NCBI RefSeq assembly: GCF_006345805.1
Contig: NW_021836555.1
Span: 1-23,678 of the forward strand
Direction: 5' to 3'
Origin: Octopus sinensis
Taxonomy: Eukaryota
DNA length: 23,678 nt
Position numbers and translations under genes: made by a program. Shown here piece by piece: positions 20,341 through 23,678 of the stretch. Below the pieces are notes generated by a model. It had not been told where the DNA came from, ran no database searches, and was given only the letters and a program-made list of their open reading frames with translations. Each line of letters starts with the position of its first letter. Positions within the stretch are counted from its first letter, which is position 1.

Positions 20341-20414
20341 AAGACTTGAGATAGCAATAAATATACTAATAATGAATGTGGTGTGTTTATAGCGTCCGGG
20401 GTGATGATCTACAT

Positions 20415-22576
20415 CAGGGTCACCAAACTTTTTGCACTCGCGGGCCGGATTGACCCCAACACAATGAACGCGGGCCGGAGCACGTGCATAGGATTATAAT
20501 TTTACTAGAAATTCATAAGTGTGTTTTTTACAATAAAAACTAATTTAACAAAATAAAGTAAACAAAAAAAATTTTAATGAAGCTATGGAACTGTGATCTT
20601 TTTTTGATAAGTTCATCAATTTGGTTTTAAATTGCTGCATCCTATCATGAGAATTGATTTTAAGTGTCCGTCAGTCAATCTTGCACGATGGGCAGACTTA
20701 ACAATATTTCATCCTCGAAAACGTTTGCTCACATTGGTAAGTTGTGCCAAATATAAATCATCTTTATCGCGCAAATTCTTTAGTCTCGGAACTCATCATC
20801 CTTGAGATATTCGTAGAACTCAGCGAGTTTGGTCCGTCTGTGACAATCTTTGAGCTGTTCATTTGATTGTAAGTCAATAACTTCTAATTGTAATTCATGT
20901 TGAACATTTTCAACATACAAGAAAATGGATTTCGAACAAAAATATATCGCTTTCATTTTGTCAAGTTCAGAAAACTTATGTAAAAAATGATGTTTTAATT
21001 CTTTGATAATTCCAATTTGGAAAGTAATGTCGATCGCATTACAGTTTGCCTCACAAAAACTTTTAAAACAAGAAAAGGTGAAAACTGACGTACTCCAAGT
21101 TGTGACTCGAATAACATCAATTTTTGTCGAAATGCTTTAATTATCCTGTAGAAATCACAAATTAAGTTTTCCTTCCTTGTAATTTCAGATTTAGCTCATT
21201 CATGTGAGTTGTAACATCAACCAAAAATGATAATTTTGATAGCCAAGCAAGATCTGATAATTCGGGATAATAGTTATTTTTACTGGTTAGAAAAATATCA
21301 ATCTCACTTCGGAGTTTATAAAATCTATTTAATACATTACCACAGCTAAGCCATCTAACTGCAGTGTAATATGGTAAGTCAAAATATTCAGATCCAAAAT
21401 CGTCAAGTAAAACTTTAAACTGACGGTGATTAAGTGAGCTCCCTCGAACAAAGTTTATTATGCGAATACTGGATTCAACACACATGAAATATTAAGAGCC
21501 TTCGCACATAGTGCGTGCTGATGAAGGATGCAATGAATGAACAAAGTGTTTGAAATATATAATTCCTCCAATTTATTAGTTATTTGCCCAACTAGACCCT
21601 TTTTAGAACCAGCCATATTCTTTGCCCCGTCAATCGTAACACAACTCAGTTTTCTCCCATTCAAGGTTATAGTCACTTATAGTTTGTTCCAATTCATCAA
21701 AAAATCTTTTCCAGTGGTTGTTCCATGATAGAACAAACAGATGCCAGTTCTTCAGTTATGGAAATATTCTCATCAACTCCACGAATAAAAATAAGAAGTT
21801 GCGATGTTCCCGAAATGTCAACTGACTCATCCATGCAAGAGAATACCACAACATATTACTTGTCTTTTCACAAATTTGTAAATATATATTTTTTCCAAGC
21901 TCTTCAGTTCTCCGTGATACAGAACTCGCCGACAAACTTATTCCATCAAATAAGGAAGAATTTAGTGGGCCACAAACATTAACTGCTTCAATAATGCAAT
22001 TTTTGATATACATCCCATCACTAAAGGGTTTCCCGTGTTGTGAAATAATTTTCGTTATCTCGTATCCAGCTCTTGTTACATTTTCATTATTTTCAAAATT
22101 TTTTTTTATAAGGCCTTGTTGAATTTGTAAAGTGCGTTTCAGTGATTCAACTTTATCCTCACGTAGCTTTCCAGTGTACTTGGAATATATCGAGCATGAT
22201 TCTTTTCATAATGACGTCGAATGTTATACTCCTTCATAACAGAGAGATGTTCGTGGCATATTAAACAATAAGCTTTCTGCTTTAATTCATTCTCTTTCGC
22301 AAAAAAATACTTCAATTCCCATAATTTATTGAATACACGGCATTCGCGGTCAACCTTTCTTTTCATATTAGACATAGCAACAAAGAAAAATTTAACGTTA
22401 ATGCTGATAAGTTTTTTTTCGAATTAAATCTTGCAAAATAGTTTAATTTTTGTAATTAAAGTTTTTATTTAATTAATTATTAAGGTATTAATTGAATATC
22501 TCGAAATAGTGCGCGGGCCGGATAAAATTTGTCGCGGGCCGGATCCGGCCCGCGGGCCTTAGTTTGGTGACGTCTG
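20415..22576 (-). mobile_element. hAT transposon of the Buster/SPIN (GTF2IRD2-like) type, defective
   Basis: TIRs CAGGGTCACCAAAC / CAGACGTCACCAAAC, 8-bp TSD ATCTACAT (20407-20414, 22577-22584) with central TA, and GCGGGCCGGAT subterminal repeats. Transposase remnants (22375 to about 20575): CLIC...NIRRHY, DGAKNMAG, HCILHQHALC, YTAVRWLS and LNLKLQG. Confidence 0.95.
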
Positions 22577-22745
22577 ATCTACATTAATCATCTTTAATCA
22601 TTTGTTTAAACATCTTTGACACGAACGACAAAGATGAATACAAATAAAAAAACAACACAGAGTTCAGAACATAGTAATGGAAGGTATCCTACCAAAACTA
22701 TACATGATCGAACGACGAACGATCAGATTTTATTAACTTAGCAAA

Positions 22746-22820
22746 CGAAAGAGAAGAGTTATTAGAAAAGGTTTTATTTAAACCGAAAGAGAAGAGTTAT
22801 TAGAAAAGGTTTTATTTAAA
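22746..22820 (+). repeat. Tandem duplication, 38-bp period
   Basis: CGAAAGAGAAGAGTTATTAGAAAAGGTTTTATTTAAA occurs twice. Confidence 0.9.
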
Positions 22821-23150
22821 ATCGAGACACCGAAAGCCTCCTCCTTGCTTTCCTTCTTTTCACTTCTCATGCCCTTTGCAATGAGCAGAGGACTTGCGAA
22901 TGTTTGAGTTTGTTCGTCTAGCTTCTGGGGAGATCCTGATCAAGCCGTAGCTTATACGCCAGTTTAATCGCAAAGCGCCTTGTTTTCTCCAGTTTGGTGA
23001 TTATGCGATTTCTCTCTTTATTACTATACATGATCGCGGGCAAAAATCCGGAAATATTATATGTTTTTAATTTTCTAAAAAAATGTATTTGTAACTTTAC
23101 TCTAAATGCTGCAGAATTGTATTTCTAAAAATTTTAAAATTAAATTCTAT

Positions 23151-23678
23151 TGTCGCAGTCCGGAAGCGTTACGGCGCCGGAAGCGTTACGCATGTAAACA
23201 AAAAAAATTAAAAATACGTAAAAAATAATAATTTCATTTGAAAAGAAAAAATATCTATAAATATTAATAAATTATGAATAAATTTTAATCATTTTATCAA
23301 GTGTGTATAATACGCTTAGTGCAAATAACAAAAGAATCCCTACAGAAAATCAAGGAATTTCAAGAAAACCCCAGTGATCTTCTTTCGGAGGATTCATCGT
23401 CTCGGATGAAACGATTTAGGCTAGCAAAATTAGCTATGTCATTTGTTTTTGAAGGCGAAACGCCATTCATTTGGCACAATAATCTAAAATTACGTTTTTT
23501 TGTACGGATGAAACTGAATTGAGACGCAAATTTGTTGAGGTATGTATTTGAATTCAATATCAATAGGCTGAACACAATATTAACTTTGGTAGAGATCGCT
23601 TATTTTCTAAGCTCAGATCACGCTACTATGGAATTACAAGAAACGAAATAATCAAGTCATTTCCCAATGTGTCCTTGT
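23151..23678 (+). mobile_element. Left end of another Ginger-like element, running off the window
   Basis: Starts TGTCGC like 973, with an internal CCGGAAGCGTTACG repeated twice. The ORF has RFRLAKLAMSF and, after a 27-nt intron (23540-23566), AEHNINFGRDRLFSKLRSRYYGITR (integrase zinc-binding region). Confidence 0.7.

Noticed and set aside
22830-23045. Minus-strand LINE C-terminal-like peptide (IITKLEKTRRFAIKLAY)
   Set aside because: Too short and weak to assign without a search.

Overview
AT-rich eukaryotic DNA made almost entirely of decayed transposable elements, with no recognisable housekeeping gene. It contains (i) several Ginger/TDD-type DNA transposons with Gypsy-like integrase. One (973-2168) has both TIRs and a 5-bp TSD, and their genes are split by 23-29 nt GT-AG micro-introns. 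(ii) A Tigger/pogo element (24-bp TIRs, TA TSD) that also has a 25-nt intron. (iii) A Buster/SPIN-type hAT element (8-bp TSD), plus Tc1 and other hAT-like fragments. (iv) Non-LTR retrotransposon pieces of CRE-like (PHD + restriction-like endonuclease), R4/Dong-like and RTE-like type. (v) A full-length Vingi/Ingi-like LINE (16188-19465, minus strand) bounded by a 14-bp TSD. Its first 71 nt fold into an HDV-like ribozyme and its ORF carries a 2A-like DVEQNPGP motif upstream of the AP endonuclease. There are also telomere-like (TTAGGG/CCCTAA) internal arrays, several tandem duplications and one orphan ORF (5207-5734). All family calls come from motifs read by eye; no database search was run. The micro-introns suggest a eukaryote with very short introns, but the organism cannot be identified from this window.
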